Of a stretch of 64,000 nucleotides of DNA, positions 50,837 through 64,000 are shown piece by piece (within the stretch, counting starts at the first letter, position 1; each line of letters opens with the position of its first letter). The position numbers and the translations under genes were made by a program. The notes beneath the pieces are model-generated. The model did not search any database. It had not been told where the DNA came from and was given only the letters and a program-made list of their open reading frames with translations. Origin of the DNA: Podarcis bocagei (taxonomy: Eukaryota); NCBI GenBank assembly GCA_964188305.1, contig OZ076889.1; one strand, written 5' to 3'.

Positions 50837-51981
50837 TTTGGGCTGAATGTGTGTTGGCTCTTCTACAGATCTCACATCCAGTGATGGCAGTCAGTCATGT
50901 AGCAAATCCAGTGGAGATAATCCTTAAGACACACACATAAACAGCATTTATCTTCTGCACGGGGCTTCAGCTGCTACAAAGCAAGCTCTATTTGTTGATC
51001 TTATGAAAGGAATCCCATATATCGTTGGCTTTCTGTTCACCACATGAACATGCATTGTGGCTTGGATGCATAATGAGGCAGCAAATCTGAGTAAATTATG
51101 ACCAGGTTACATTTTGCAGAGGTCACAGAAAGCCAAAGAGAATGCAATTTTGTCTCCTTGTAATTACTTTTCTCTTCTAAATTACCTCCATACAAGAACG
51201 GTGGCTGAAAAGCACCAGGACATCTATTTAAATGAGTTCAGTAGCCCTGTTAGTGTACACCAAACATTTTTAATGCATGTTAGTGCTGGAAGAAAACTAT
51301 TTACCTAATCCAAACAACAAGATGTTATAAGGACTGAAGAAGATTCACTGTGCTAATATGTCTGCAGATGGTATGTCTGCATAGGCTTCATGGAATGAGT
51401 CAAGCAACACATTACATGGTCATTGTCATTTGTTCAAAGCATTTTGCACACACTGTTGTAGAGACCATAGGAGTGTTGTGAAGTTAAAAATACATTTCTG
51501 GTATTAAAAGTTTTCTGCATCTTCATACTAGTGATATTAGTTACTGGTCATGGTGCAGGTATGAAATTTTGCTTTATGCTAGTGTTGTTTTATTATGCAT
51601 TGTTTGCTTTTCATTATTTTGTACACTGCTTTGAGATTTTTGTACCTTAAACTGTTTTATAATATGAATTCATGATTCCCCTGAGAGTACCCAAGGCATT
51701 TTGATTCCTGATGAAGAAATTCAAATGGCAACTTCTGTGGTACGAAAATATAATAAGTGACATTATTGACCATTCATTGACCCAGACAATCCCATCCTAT
51801 AAGTCCTTCAGCTTTTCTTCCCTATGATTAATTGCCTCTCTGACCAAAATAACTGAGTTTTTCATCAAGTACTTAAATAGAACAACTATTATTTATTTAA
51901 GTAACCTTAATGTATTTCTACCAGCAAACTTAACATATGAGAAGAGAGAAAGGTGTACCTGTTGGATGCCTACTTACCTAA

Positions 51982-52320
<339 letters not shown>

Positions 52321-52599
52321 TAATGACTTAAAATGTTAAAGTAGTTGAAAACACAAGTTGTGATTATCAGTGTGTACACGTGCACACACATAGACAGCCA
52401 CAAAATGCAAGGGAGGCAATAATAAAAATAATCAATAAAAATAAAAATGTATATCACAATCTTGTAACTAGCCCTGAATGCCCTATTTAAGTTGATGACC
52501 TGAGCATTTCTGAATACTCCTTTCTTGTGGGTGGAAATTTTAGAAGAAGAAGGTATAAGTATTGTAAACAATAACTGCTTTTTCTCATGTCCTTCCTAG

Positions 52600-52709
52600 T
52601 TCCTGGACCTGTTCCCCTTGAATCGATTCAGGGTGGACCTTTTGAAGAGAAGATCTATGTTCAGTGGAAGCCACCAAATGAGACTAATGGGATAATTACA
52701 CTCTATGAG
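52600..52709 (+). CDS. PTPRT: PTPRT 110-bp internal exon (probably exon 9)
   Basis: Polypyrimidine tract, tag|TT CCT GGA.. encodes [37 protein letters not shown], then |gtaagg. In frame with the previous exon. Not in the ORF track. Confidence 0.95.
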
Positions 52710-55700
52710 GTAAGGGGAATTGATTGTTAGATGATGCAAGATGTACTTCTACCTGTGGTGAATGTGGTGTAGACGCCTTTTAGGTGTTGGCTGTGTGTCC
52801 CAAGGCCTGCATCTGGTGTTGGGAAGAAAAATCTATGAAAAATACTGCAGACCAAAACTCTGGAATAAAAGAGGCCTAGGCGCTGCCTTATTTCCAGGTA
52901 TAATTAGCACTACATGAGTAGTTTTACTGCATTGCATGTACAAATGCATTTACACTTAAATCTGTGTGGCTGATATTGTCTCATGCCCACCAGTTGGTGG
53001 TCATCTTCTGATATAGGTTCATAGATAATGGCATCCACCTTGCACCTTCTCTGTGCAGTGTCTGGCATTTGCTGTATGACAATGTATTTGCTAATAACTG
53101 CTTGGAATCTTAGGGCCTGCAGACCACATCTAGTCATTTTACTTCTCACTGTAATTCCTTTTGTTCTCTAGGGGAAAACAAATATCCTCTTTTCGTATGA
53201 GTTGAGTTGTTGGTAGAAATCCTTTCTGGGTTGGAAACAACCCACAGTCCTTACAATATGTACTCTTGGCCTGCATACAAATTTCCCTGAGCTTTTCTGT
53301 TAAGTGAAATAATAGTCTTTTGGGATCATTATCCACATCATAATGGATAACGGCCATAGCAGAGAACGGGGGGGGGGGAGGAGAGATGGGGTTGCCTGTG
53401 GGCAGGATATCATTATTACTTTAATTTTAATCCACTCTGAGAGTCCTGTGTGCTCAAGAGTGGGGTAATCATTACCAATATAAAATAGAGGAAGTGAAAA
53501 ATCAGCAGTGTTGACAAGGTAGCCAAATGAAGTTCATGAACTCTTGTACAAAACTTAGGTCCTGAACTCTGTATGACAGCAGCAAGGGATTAAATGTGAA
53601 TACTAAAATTCCATCTAGTTTCCTGCCTATAATTTTCTTGAAAGGCCCATTTGATGCACTGAAAGAAAATATTTTAAGGTAGAATACGATCTTGCCTGTT
53701 GCGTCTCATTTCAACCACTTCTATGACTGTAGCAATTCTACCAGTTGTCTGTGCTGTAAAAACAGATGGCAGAGGGCTGGCTGTTTGCAGCAAGGTTAAT
53801 GTGCTGAGCCTCTCACATCTGGAAACATGATTTTCGAAAGTGGTTTGGGTCAAAGTAAGAAATTGAGTTGAATAGTTTCAGCTGAGTCTCTGGTGGATGT
53901 TTGCACATGTCACTAAAAGGCTTCCACAATTTGTTCTTCCTTGCAATGTCTGGGCAAAGGAAATCCTCAGCTACATGAGGCATTAGTGTTGAACATTGCA
54001 GCTGAGGCACATGGCAGATTGGTACACGGGAAATGGTTTGCAAATGAATTAAGACAATACTGTTTTGTTTCACTGTTTGGCATGACAGGTGTGTTGCAGA
54101 TCCCAGAATGTGAAGGCAGATAATAAGCTGCACATTGAATCTTACCTCAGTGGAAACTGTTTTCTGGGAATTTGTATGATCTTGTGAGTTACTATGAAAA
54201 TAAAAGAGCAGCAGTTACAATGAGAAATATAACACCTTGTAATTTTTAAGAGACAGTTTGTCATTTACACTGCCTGCAGGTACAGAACACTGGAAGGGTT
54301 TTCCCACTCCTGAAGTTACTTGTCCGACTGAACAGATATAGAGTGGGGATGATGCATCATAAAAATCACCTTGGTTGATTCCACATAAAAGTGTTTAATT
54401 GATAATGGTCATCATTTATTCATTCAGCTTGTTATAGAGCTTCCAGATGAGATGGCTGAGAATGTGCACTGACCACAAAATTGGTTCAGGCTCTACTTCA
54501 GATCTGTTGGTCCACAGTGATTTGGAGATTTTTTCCTGTGTGTGTGTGTGTACACACACACACAATTTTAAAAATAAATCATGCAATTATGGCCAAATTA
54601 ATAATAAATGAATGAACAAGAAACTTCCCACACTGCAAATAAATAAGTTAGAAAGAATCCACCACTAGGAAACAAGAAATTGATAATTAAAGCCATGTTG
54701 TGGCTGCAAGGGGAGGAAATCTGTGGTTTAACAACTGTGAATGTGTGGAGAGGAAATTCACCTCTTACTGGATTTCAGGTGGGGGAGCAAGGGACCTAGG
54801 TCATCATAAAACTCATCTCCCCTCCATTTCCCCCTTTGCTTTGCCCTTCAGTCCCAGGCATGACATTACTGATATCACCTATTTAAGGAGGCATTTCCTG
54901 TTTCCTGGCGGTCTCTTTAATTACTTCATTTTATTTTATTTTTAGGGTAATTGCATAGCTGCATAATTATGATTATAAATTGGTTTTGTGTTTTTTTTTT
55001 TAAAAACGAGCAATTAAATAGTACACTGTAGGGTCATGGTGGTGACCCTACAGTGTGCAGAGTTGTGTCCTTAATGAATGAGCATTTCTTTTCCCCTGGC
55101 ACTTACACTTACCTAGAAGTAAATCCTACTGAAAACTACCTTCTAAATATATATGCTTAGGATAAAGCTGTATTGGGCAGGTTTTCATGTGGTGCAGAAG
55201 TGAAGTGGTCACTCTCGTGAAGTTCGTTCTTCATTTGACAACCAGGAGAGGCAAAATACATTAGAATGGAAGATTTGGAAGAGGGGAAGCTACTGCTGAT
55301 ATTTATCAAGAATCCTGTCATTTGGGGCATGCAAGGGAACCCAGACTGAAATACCCCCAATATTTTAGCTTCTAGATGCTAGTGGAACCATACAGTCCAT
55401 GACCCACAAAAGCTGGTGGCTTGTTCTTTCCAGGACTGGTCCTTTTATTAGGCAGAATGATGCAGGCATCTATCATGATGGGTGCTGGTGGTTGGGGGGG
55501 CAGGTGTGTAGCACTCTCTGCTTCCTTGGTCATTTTTCTTGAGTCCCTGACCATTTACCTATGTTGGAACAGAGATATGTGTGCACTGTGTACACTGTGC
55601 CTCTTAAGCCTGGGACAATGATATCTAAGGAAGTGTCTCACCCACTTCTCAGATACAGAACTGCTGAAAATATCATACGCCCCAGAGTTGCACTCTGTTT

Positions 55701-58700
55701 GTTTGTTTTTTGAGTTTGTATGGATGATTTTATTGGTTTTTTAAAAAAGAGTCTGTTGAGTGGATTTTATAATTTTTAGAACTTTTGTTTGTGTGTTCTG
55801 TTCTGTTTTTATTTTGTATACCACTCTGATGGTCTTATGTTGTCAAGCAGTCTATAAATTTGTATAATAATAATAATCTAACCTGCTGACTTCACATGCA
55901 GTGGAAGATGCTGTCTCATAACTGGTGTTGACATAATATTCAGCTCTCAGTCTAGTTTGACTTCCGTAAATTGAGTGAGGACTACCTTCTCCTTTGCCTC
56001 AGGCAGTAAAATGTCTTGAGATAGCCTTGAGTCTTTCTGGCAAAAGTTGGAATGCTATGCTTACCTAGACAGGCTGCCACCATAACATCTGTCCCAGTGC
56101 TTCAAATACAAGCTGTCTTGCCTAGCAGTTTTAGTTTGCAAGTTATTATCTCCTTGCCATAATGTTGATTCATTCAGTCAATCAATAACAATGGCTGACC
56201 TTACAGACTCTATACATCCAGACACTGTATAGCTAAATAGAGCCATGAGTGCCCGAAGGGACCAAAAAGCCATCAACGTAAACCCATCCTTCAAGGAGAT
56301 CATCATGTTAACAACCTGCAGATCTAAAAGCCTAACTATCTCCACACCCCTATGAAGACTTCTTACGATATAGGACACTGTTATGGCTAGCACATGCAGA
56401 CCAACTGTGAGAAGGAAGTTGCCAACATCAACCTCCAAGCCATGATAAATTTTGTCAGATATGGGGAAGAAGCTTTGGCCCACCAGTTGTTAGTGAGCTA
56501 CAACTCCCATCACCCCTGGCCATTGATCATGGTTGCTGGGGTTGATTGGAGTTGTAGTTCAGCAACATTTGGAGGGCCAAAGATTCCTTGCACCTATCTT
56601 TAGTTCATAAATAACTACCTCAAAGTGTAAAACAGTTTATGCTTCCAATGTCCCCGATGAGCCTTTTATGACTCCCTTGCTGCAGTGTAGTGTATTCTTC
56701 ACACAAACACTATTTGCAGTGTTTAATAAATCAAAACTACAGCCTTGCTAATTAAGAAAGAGGTTTTAAAACGTCGAGTTTCACTTTTCCCAGTGATTCA
56801 TTGAATCCAGGCAGAAAGGGGTTATAACACACATCACACAGAATGCACCCCCTCAGAACGCAGACAGAATCTATTCCAAAGTGGCAGGTAGCTAACTATT
56901 CAAGGCAGGCAGGCAGATGATTGTGGATGTGATGACTAGAGGATGTTGCTCAGATGGAGACATGGGTTACAAGAAAAAAGAGAGATCACAGTTGCATTTT
57001 AAAATCAGTCAGGAAAGAAAACTGATAGGTGACAGAGCTAAAGAGAGACACTTGATGTAGCGATGTGGAATGATTGCAGGCATGCCTGCGCAAATGTTTA
57101 AACTATGAATCCGATAGGCAGTGTAACTTTTGCAAATAAATAAATGTTTAAAATGGAGCAGAATGGATACTTTAAGTCTGATCCTTTAAGCATCTGCAGT
57201 AGTGGTGGGGCTAATGCAAAGACACACGCCCTGAACCCCAGCATAGTGATGTATTAGGAAAGGGATGTGGGTGTGTTGAGAAGCATTGTATGGATGCTCC
57301 GTTAAGTCCATTTGTGAATGGCAGACCTAATACAGTTCGTTAAGGTTTCTCTATTCCTCTGAAAGCTTCTCCCCTATGAGTCAAATGTTCAAAATGCCCA
57401 AGAGGCATCACTCTGAATGATGTAGACTGCATGATGAGGGCACTCCTGCAGCATTAATGTCATTGTCCTGAATTTGTAAATACAATTATGTCAAACGTAT
57501 TGAAGAAGATGATGACATTTACCCTAACCATAAATTTGTAAGCCTCGTAGCCACAGCCATCTGCGTTTCTGTGCCGTGTGTGTGTGTGTGTATTATGGAG
57601 GGAAGTTTTGAAGAGGACACAGATTTTCACAGGTTTTCATGGTATCTTGAGCTGCGTTCTAAGAACTAGTGTTCTTGTTTTTTTAAAATTTGAAATGCTT
57701 TTTTTAAAGTCACCGTGACAGTCTGGAGCAATGCAAGCATTCTTCTGTCCATCTTTCCCAGAATACCTAGTTAGCGGAAGAGAAGGGGGAATGAAGGCAA
57801 GCGGTTGGGAGTGGAATTAGGGTAGCAATGACACAGTTGACAAAAAGAGGGTTGGGGGTCCCGTACTGGCAGTGGGATCCATAAATCAGGATCTTCTTAT
57901 GTTCTTAAGATGCTACGTCAGGGGTAGAGGCATAGGTTGTGCCACAGCTGGTGTGTCAGCAGATCATGCTGCCTGCATCCTCTTGTTAACCTTCACACAT
58001 CCTTAAAATCCTGCAGTATCACTCAAATGTCATATGAGTGAAGCGAGCTATTCATATGTGACTTTCTCAGTTAATCTAATTGTGTCACACATTTCAAATT
58101 ATGGTAATTTAAAGATACCACACATGGGGGGGGGAATGAATTAATTATTAAGAATCAATTAAGCCTTGGCACTATTTAAACACGGGGCGGGGTGGATATG
58201 TCCTATATCTGAACTTAACCTTCTTTCTGATTTTCCTTCTTATTGCGTTCATAACAATTCTGCAGTTGCAATTAGATGACTCTAGTAGAATGTCTAATGT
58301 TTTCAAGGGGAAAGAGTTGGGATTCATTTTAAAGCATTTCTGCTTTTATCTCAGTCAAAAGGAGTTTGTAGTTACTGGTATGTATTTTAGCTTGCATTTA
58401 AATGCAGGCTTCTAGAATACCTCTGGGATTCATACAAGCCAGAAAGGATCCCCATCTCCACTTTTGTCCTTCAGGCTAGATGGAATGTATACTAGATTTC
58501 TTGCAGTTCCTTATTCATAAAAGATCCCCCCCCCCGACCACCAGTAGAGAAGAAGAATTGGTTCTTAAGAGTTTATAATCTTCCCAAGAGGCAAATTTGG
58601 GGGAATATAAATAATGTTATTTTTAAAACAATACAACATCTCCAACTTTGCATTAGGACACCATCACTACTCTAAAATGGAACAAAGACTAGAAAGCATC

Positions 58701-60157
58701 ATATTATTTCTTCAGTCAAACTGCCTTTACTTTGGCTCAATATTCTTTATCCTCCATTTAGCAAATAATGCACTTTTTAAAGGGAAAAAGAACTTATTTG
58801 GGTGTTGAGCAATTGGCTTAATTGTACTGGGGGTGGGCGGGAAGCAATAGTAATATCAAGGTGACATTCTTCATCGATATGGAGGGAAGGCAAAAGAAAT
58901 CACAATGAAATGGATAGCTGGGCTCCACCAAAATGCAGTCCAGAATCCCACCACCACTACCAAAGTGGTGGAAAATGGGTTTCTACAAGAAAGCAATTAT
59001 CTGATTGCTTCATCATTTGCCTTTCAACAATGTGGTGAACAATCCACATTCTACTGAGCAGAAAGGAAAACTGAGAATCCTCCCAGAGTAAAAAATAAAT
59101 TTAAAAATCACACTTCAAAGGTGTTTTTTTAAAAAGCCAGTCCAGGACACACATTCAGTTATGTGAAGATAACTCCTCAACAATTGAAATAAAAATCCCA
59201 GGCCTGTTTCTGTAAGCACCCAGCCATAACTATGGGGTGAGAAAGAGGAAAGGGGCTCTGTAGAGCAAATCCTAGAACAAACTCTGAGGAGCATCATAAG
59301 GGAATGTGCCTGTCTTTACTTGGGAAATGGCTACCTTACGGGCTCCATAGGCAGAATCAGTTTAAACTGGCTCCACCGAGCTCCAAGTTACCCTCACGCC
59401 AGTCCTGGTTCACCCTGTTCCAAGGTAATAAGGGAACAAATGATGGGTATTCAGTCCCAAAACAGCTCTAAAATAAACTTCTCTGTAAATTCTAAATACT
59501 GCAGTAGCTTCAGATGCCGTGTACAGCAAAAAGATGAAAAGAGAGAGGATTAAAAGCATTATGTGGATCATTTCTTCAGGATATTTAGAATCAGGCACAT
59601 TCCAGAGTGATCTCTCCTGTTACTGAGGCATTGTGGAATTCTGCATACTAGGTTTGTTAACCTCCTTCTGGAAACATTCTGCTGCTTCTCCAAATTGTCT
59701 TGGCTTCCTCCAGTTCAGGAGTATGGCCAAAAGCTCTTCTTATCCATTTTTTTTTTTAAATTGAATTGCTGAAGCAGTGCAAAGTGAAACTAATCTGGAT
59801 TGTACCACTGTAGACTGGAGGTGGGCAAGTGCATGACTGAATGTTCTGCCTACTAAAAAGTTATCTGCACACAGAAAGGAAAACGTCAGGGGGAAACGTT
59901 CTCGATTCACTGTCTCCCCGGTATAGAGATGGATGAACCCACTGAAGTCTGGCCCATTTGAGTTCTACATAGGGAGGTACATAAAATTCTGCAAGAAATA
60001 TGATTAAAAGCACATTGAGGCAGTCCGCAGGCTAAAGCACTGCCCTTTTTAAAAACCCTTTCTAAAGACTACCAAAATAATGTCACCTAAATATGTCACC
60101 CCAGCCTGGTGTAATTATTATGCAGGGCTTCTTACTGTCATACCCTTTGAGTTAGAG

Positions 60158-60293
60158 CAGGCATGGGCAAACTTGGCCCTTCAGATGTTTTGAGGCTACA
60201 ATTCCCATCATCCCTGACCACTGGTCCTGTTAGCTAGGATTGATGGGAGTTGTAGTCCCAAAACATCTGGACAGCCGAGTTTGCCTATGCCTG
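60158..60293. mobile_element. hAT-Charlie (URR1-like) palindromic MITE
   Basis: TIR CAGGCAT(G/A)GGCAAACT, TSD AGTTAGAG/AGTTAGCG. Inverted near-copy of 39831-39966. Confidence 0.9.
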
Positions 60294-60343
60294 AGTTAGC
60301 GTGATAGTACTTGTGTGGTGGCAGAGGCAGGGCGGAGTGGGGG

Positions 60344-60690
60344 CAGCGGCAGAGCTTATGCCCGCGCTGCCCAGGGCGAGCGCACTCCTGAGGGGGCTGA
60401 GGCACCCTGCCCTCCCAGGCGTGGGATAGCTTAGGGGTGGAGGAAGGGGGTGTGGTGGGGGCGGATGGCGGCGGTTGTCTTCGTGGGGGGGGTGACATTT
60501 GGCGCGCCGCCCGCCTGCGACTCCCAAGCCTCCCCCAGCTGTCAAAACAAAGCGGTACAGCACCCCCCTTACCCTGAAGGCTTGGGGTAAGCTTGGGAGG
60601 TGCGGGCGGGTGGAGTGCCAAATGTCACTCCCCTCAGCGAAGGCACCTGGGGCAGCCCACCCCCACCGCACCCTCCTTCCTCTGCCCCTG
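60344..60690. mobile_element. GC-rich hAT MITE (CAGTGGCG-related family)
   Basis: CAGCGGCAGAG / CTCTGCCCCTG termini, perfect TSD AGTGGGGG. Confidence 0.8.
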
Positions 60691-62395
60691 AGTGGGGGGG
60701 GGATGTTATATTCAACAGGAAAGTCACCTGACTTTGGAAAATCAGACAAAGCACCACTTTAAGGGCAAGGCACAGTGTGATGTCAGGCCTTGGTGCAGCA
60801 ATCTGAGCCAATCAGACAGACACCAAGGTGACTTTGCTGTTGTTGTACACCCTTAATTTCTAACACACCTGAAACATTGGCCAATATTTAAGAGCATCTT
60901 TTGGTTTCGCTTTTTCTACATGCATTCCTGCAGTACTGTAAAACAATTTACAGATGAGGTATTCTCTGTGCTTTTCCAAGGAGCCTATTTTTTAAAAAGA
61001 AAAAAAAAACTTATACAGTTCACAGGAAGCGCTGGCACAGCAAGTTGTATGTGTATTATAGCAAAATATTCTTAGCCCCAAGGACTGAGAGGGGTACAGT
61101 ACAGGAGATTGAATAACCTCTAGATGCTTTAATCTTATCAAAGCAATTTCTATAGTTGTCATTTTATGTGCTATTAAACTGAACAATGCTGTTCTCCAAT
61201 AAAGCCATTTGAAATAACAGCTCATTAAAATTGCTTCTCTAATATATAGCTTTCTAATTAATGTCAATGGGTTACAGAGCTTGGGAAGCAGAATTGACTA
61301 TAATGTTTGGGAAGTAGGTAAAATAAAAAATAATATATATTTTATCACTAATGACCTTTTAGTAAACCTAATGAAATCCTTAATGGTCTGTATACATCAC
61401 AGTAGAGCTCATGGTTGCTTTGTTATCCACTTCATTTTCCCACTTTACGTTTACGTTGCTCCATTTAGCTTTATTTATAGCCAATGAATAAAACACCATT
61501 TTCAGGGAAGCATGAGTAAGACGGCAGGAACCCAGAAAATAAGGTGGATTGTGATCATAATACGCTGTGGTCCCAGTTTGGAGGGCAAGGGGGCAGCTAG
61601 CTATGAATGGGGGGGGGGCACACCACACCTCCTTGTCTTTATTAGTATTGTTAGAAAAAAGTTGGGTGCCACCCCCCCTCTCTACCAAGCTGCAGCTAGA
61701 TTCCAAGGGGTTCCAGGCACTCACCTTGGGTCTATGGTCCTTTGCAGAATTCAGACACGGCAGAGACTGTCGTAGCTTTAAGAAATACAGTTTGTTCACC
61801 TATTTATGCCCTCAGTCTTTATGGAGGGAGTTGAGATCTTACAGCATGGTCATTTCAAGAGGGTCTTGTACCCCACAGCAGTGCAGCCCTGGATTCCAAG
61901 GCATGTCTCCCATTCCAAGGCATGTCTCCCATCCAGCCTGCAGCCAGCCAGCCCAAGATGGATCCCAGTCTTCCTTACTTCCTTCTTCTTCCCAGCAACA
62001 CTTGCTCAAGAATCTTTTCCTGCCACGTCACACCCAGTTACCTTGGCAACCTTCCAAACCCCCCGATCTCTCTTCCCACCTCAGGCAAGGGGGGAGGACA
62101 GTTCTTTTGCATTGCCAATGGTCCTCAGTGGCCCTCTAGTGTTTCTGAATGGCCCTACCTTGACCGAGTCATTTTGCACAGGCTTGCCCAGAAATTCCTC
62201 TGCAGCTTGTTTTTCTCCCTTCACATCCCCAATAATCGAAATCCCACCATTTATAAATTTCTAGAATTTAGGGGGGGCCCTCCCAAATCTATAACACTGA
62301 CCCCCCATTTAGCAAAAGGGACAGCTTTACACAGCTGTGCAACAGAAAACAGAACAGCTGCTGGCAACATTCAGGGCAATCCATCAAAGCAGATA

Positions 62396-62621
62396 CAGTG
62401 GTACCTCGGGTTACATACGCTTCAGGTTTCAGACTCCACTAACCCAGAAATATTACCTTGGGTTAAGAACTTTGCTTCAGCATGAGAACAGAAATTGTGC
62501 AGCGGCGGCGCAGCAGCAGCAGGAGGCCCCATTAGCTAAAGTGGTGCTTCAGGTTAAGAACAGTTTCAGGTTAAGAACGGACCCCTGGAACGAATTAAGT
62601 TCTTAACCCGAAGTACCACTG
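62396..62621. mobile_element. Tigger/pogo-like MITE, inverted relative to 44016-44257
   Basis: CAGTGGTACCTCGGGTTA / TAACCCGAAGTACCACTG, TA TSD. Confidence 0.9.
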
Positions 62622-62775
62622 TAATAGCACAGTGACACATTAACACAACAAAAGTTCCTCTCTAAGTGATCTCCAGCTTCTTGGATTCTTTCAGGACTTC
62701 TCTTTCCTCCTGTGGTATCCTCTGGTCACCATTCTACACCCCAGTATGGCTTACTCAGTTATCCACACTTGGCAG

Positions 62776-62944
62776 CAGTGGCGTAGCGTGGGGGGTGCAG
62801 GGGGGGCCGGCCGCACCGGGTGCAACATCTGGGGGTTAGGGTTAGGGTGCGCAAATCCACGGGTTAGGGGGCGCAAATCCACGGGTTAGGGGGCGCAAAT
62901 TACTTGCCTTGCCCCGGGTGCTGACAACCCACGCTACGCCACTG
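62776..62944. mobile_element. Young hAT MITE with internal GGGTTAGGG repeats
   Basis: Perfect 17-bp TIR CAGTGGCGTAGCGTGGG, perfect TSD CTTGGCAG. Confidence 0.92.
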
Positions 62945-63136
62945 CTTGGCAGCCAAGATGATGAGCTTCCATGGCATGTTTAAGCCAGAGATCTCCCACC
63001 CACTGTCTTGGACTGAATAGTTTTATTTTCAGAAAGTAAGCATGGGTTTAGGTTGCAAGCAGGTTAACACCTAGTGATTTTAATACTGTCACCATCCTGC
63101 CACATAGTCTCCTGATGTATGCCTAGCTGCAGTAAA

Positions 63137-63312
63137 ATATAAAAATAAATAAATATAAATAAATTGTCTAGTAGTACCTTAGATACCAACTAAGTTTGTT
63201 CTTGCTTACGTGTATCTGAAGAAGTGTGCATGCACACAGAAGCTTATACCAATAACAAACTTAGTTGGTCTCTAAGGTGCTGCGTCAGACCAACATGGCT
63301 GCCTGCCTGAAT
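63137..63312 (+). mobile_element. Penelope-like (PLE) short element with inverted arms and a decayed hammerhead motif
   Basis: Arms ACCTTAGATACCAACTAAGTTTGTT / AACAAACTTAGTTGGTCTCTAAGGT, core CTGAAGA-A-GTGTGCATGCACAC-AGAA-GCTTA, 14-bp flanking repeat CTAGCTGCAGTAAA. Confidence 0.75.
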
Positions 63313-64000
63313 CTAGCTGCAGTAAATGGATCTTCTCCCCCAATCCATGAATTCCAAGAGTAGTATGAAAATTGTAGGTGGGTGAATACAGTCATGTACA
63401 GATTGCAATTGAAATAATGATATTTTGATTCTCCAAAGAAATCACCCCCCCCCCAAGTTCATGTTTTGTCTAAAATTCAGTGTTATTCTTGATCAACCTT
63501 TAAATAAATTAGACCCCATACACAGCTTTGCCCCCGAGATACTTTGGTATAGTTGACTTTGTTCCTATTCTGTGTTGCCTACCATCCTTAGGCAACCCAA
63601 ATCTTAATATTACTGATATAATTAGATACCTCTGATCATATTACAATATGACATAATCATCCTGTTAAAATAATATGGAGATATCACATTTATCCAGTTA
63701 GCTGCTTAGATAAGAAGACACAATAATTTATTTGTACTTCACAAAATACAAGCTTTCTTTCAATTTAGTTGTCCATAATTTTTTATGTTATTGATGTGGA
63801 CATCTCCTAATCCCTAGCTTTACCAAAGAAAACTATATTTATACTGTCCCTATTATTTGATGTTAAAATATTCACTACTACATAGCTACTGTGTGTGTGG
63901 TTTTTTTTGGGGTGGGGGTAGGGAAATCACCAAGGAAATGTTTGCTCACTTGTTTCCCATGAAGATTAGACATCTTGGCTACTGCACCACAGCAGTGTAG

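Noticed and set aside
54537-54564. (TG)n(CA)n self-complementary run
   Set aside because: Short compound microsatellite; common
61380-62485. Overlapping 139-190 aa ORFs in several frames
   Set aside because: Pro/Ser/Leu-rich with no recognisable domain or splice context. Open frames reflect C/T-rich composition and a 19-bp tandem duplication at ~61893-61930.
62830-62905. CRISPR-like or true telomeric array
   Set aside because: Tandem units without spacers inside a MITE, eukaryotic context, only a few TTAGGG units

Overview
Vertebrate (squamate, most likely lacertid lizard) genomic DNA lying inside the receptor tyrosine phosphatase gene PTPRT on the + strand. It holds two coding exons of the fibronectin type III region (52004-52300 and 52600-52709, canonical AG/GT sites); the rest is intron packed with transposons. 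These include two young CR1 LINEs in inverted orientation, older CR1 and L2 fragments, BovB fragments, six Sauria SINEs, tRNA-derived SINEs, many hAT and Tc1/mariner MITEs with readable TIRs and TSDs, solo LTRs and a Penelope-type element with a decayed hammerhead. The most unusual signal is a family of three divergent ~730-870 bp non-coding units (4136-4869 -, 36316-37074 +, 45979-46851 -). They lack TG..CA ends and ordinary TSDs and are instead bounded by a CAA-like core, as in tyrosine-recombinase (DIRS/Ngaro) elements. Each looks like a self-contained Pol II transcription unit (TATA-like box, CTCTTTC initiator, polyA signal) for a ~500-nt RNA whose pairings are conserved by compensatory changes. 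One copy carries a textbook ENE-type poly(A) triple-helix motif and a perfect Sox-Oct site. Family names come from recognition only, no database was searched, and almost all ORF-track entries outside LINEs and the two exons are spurious.
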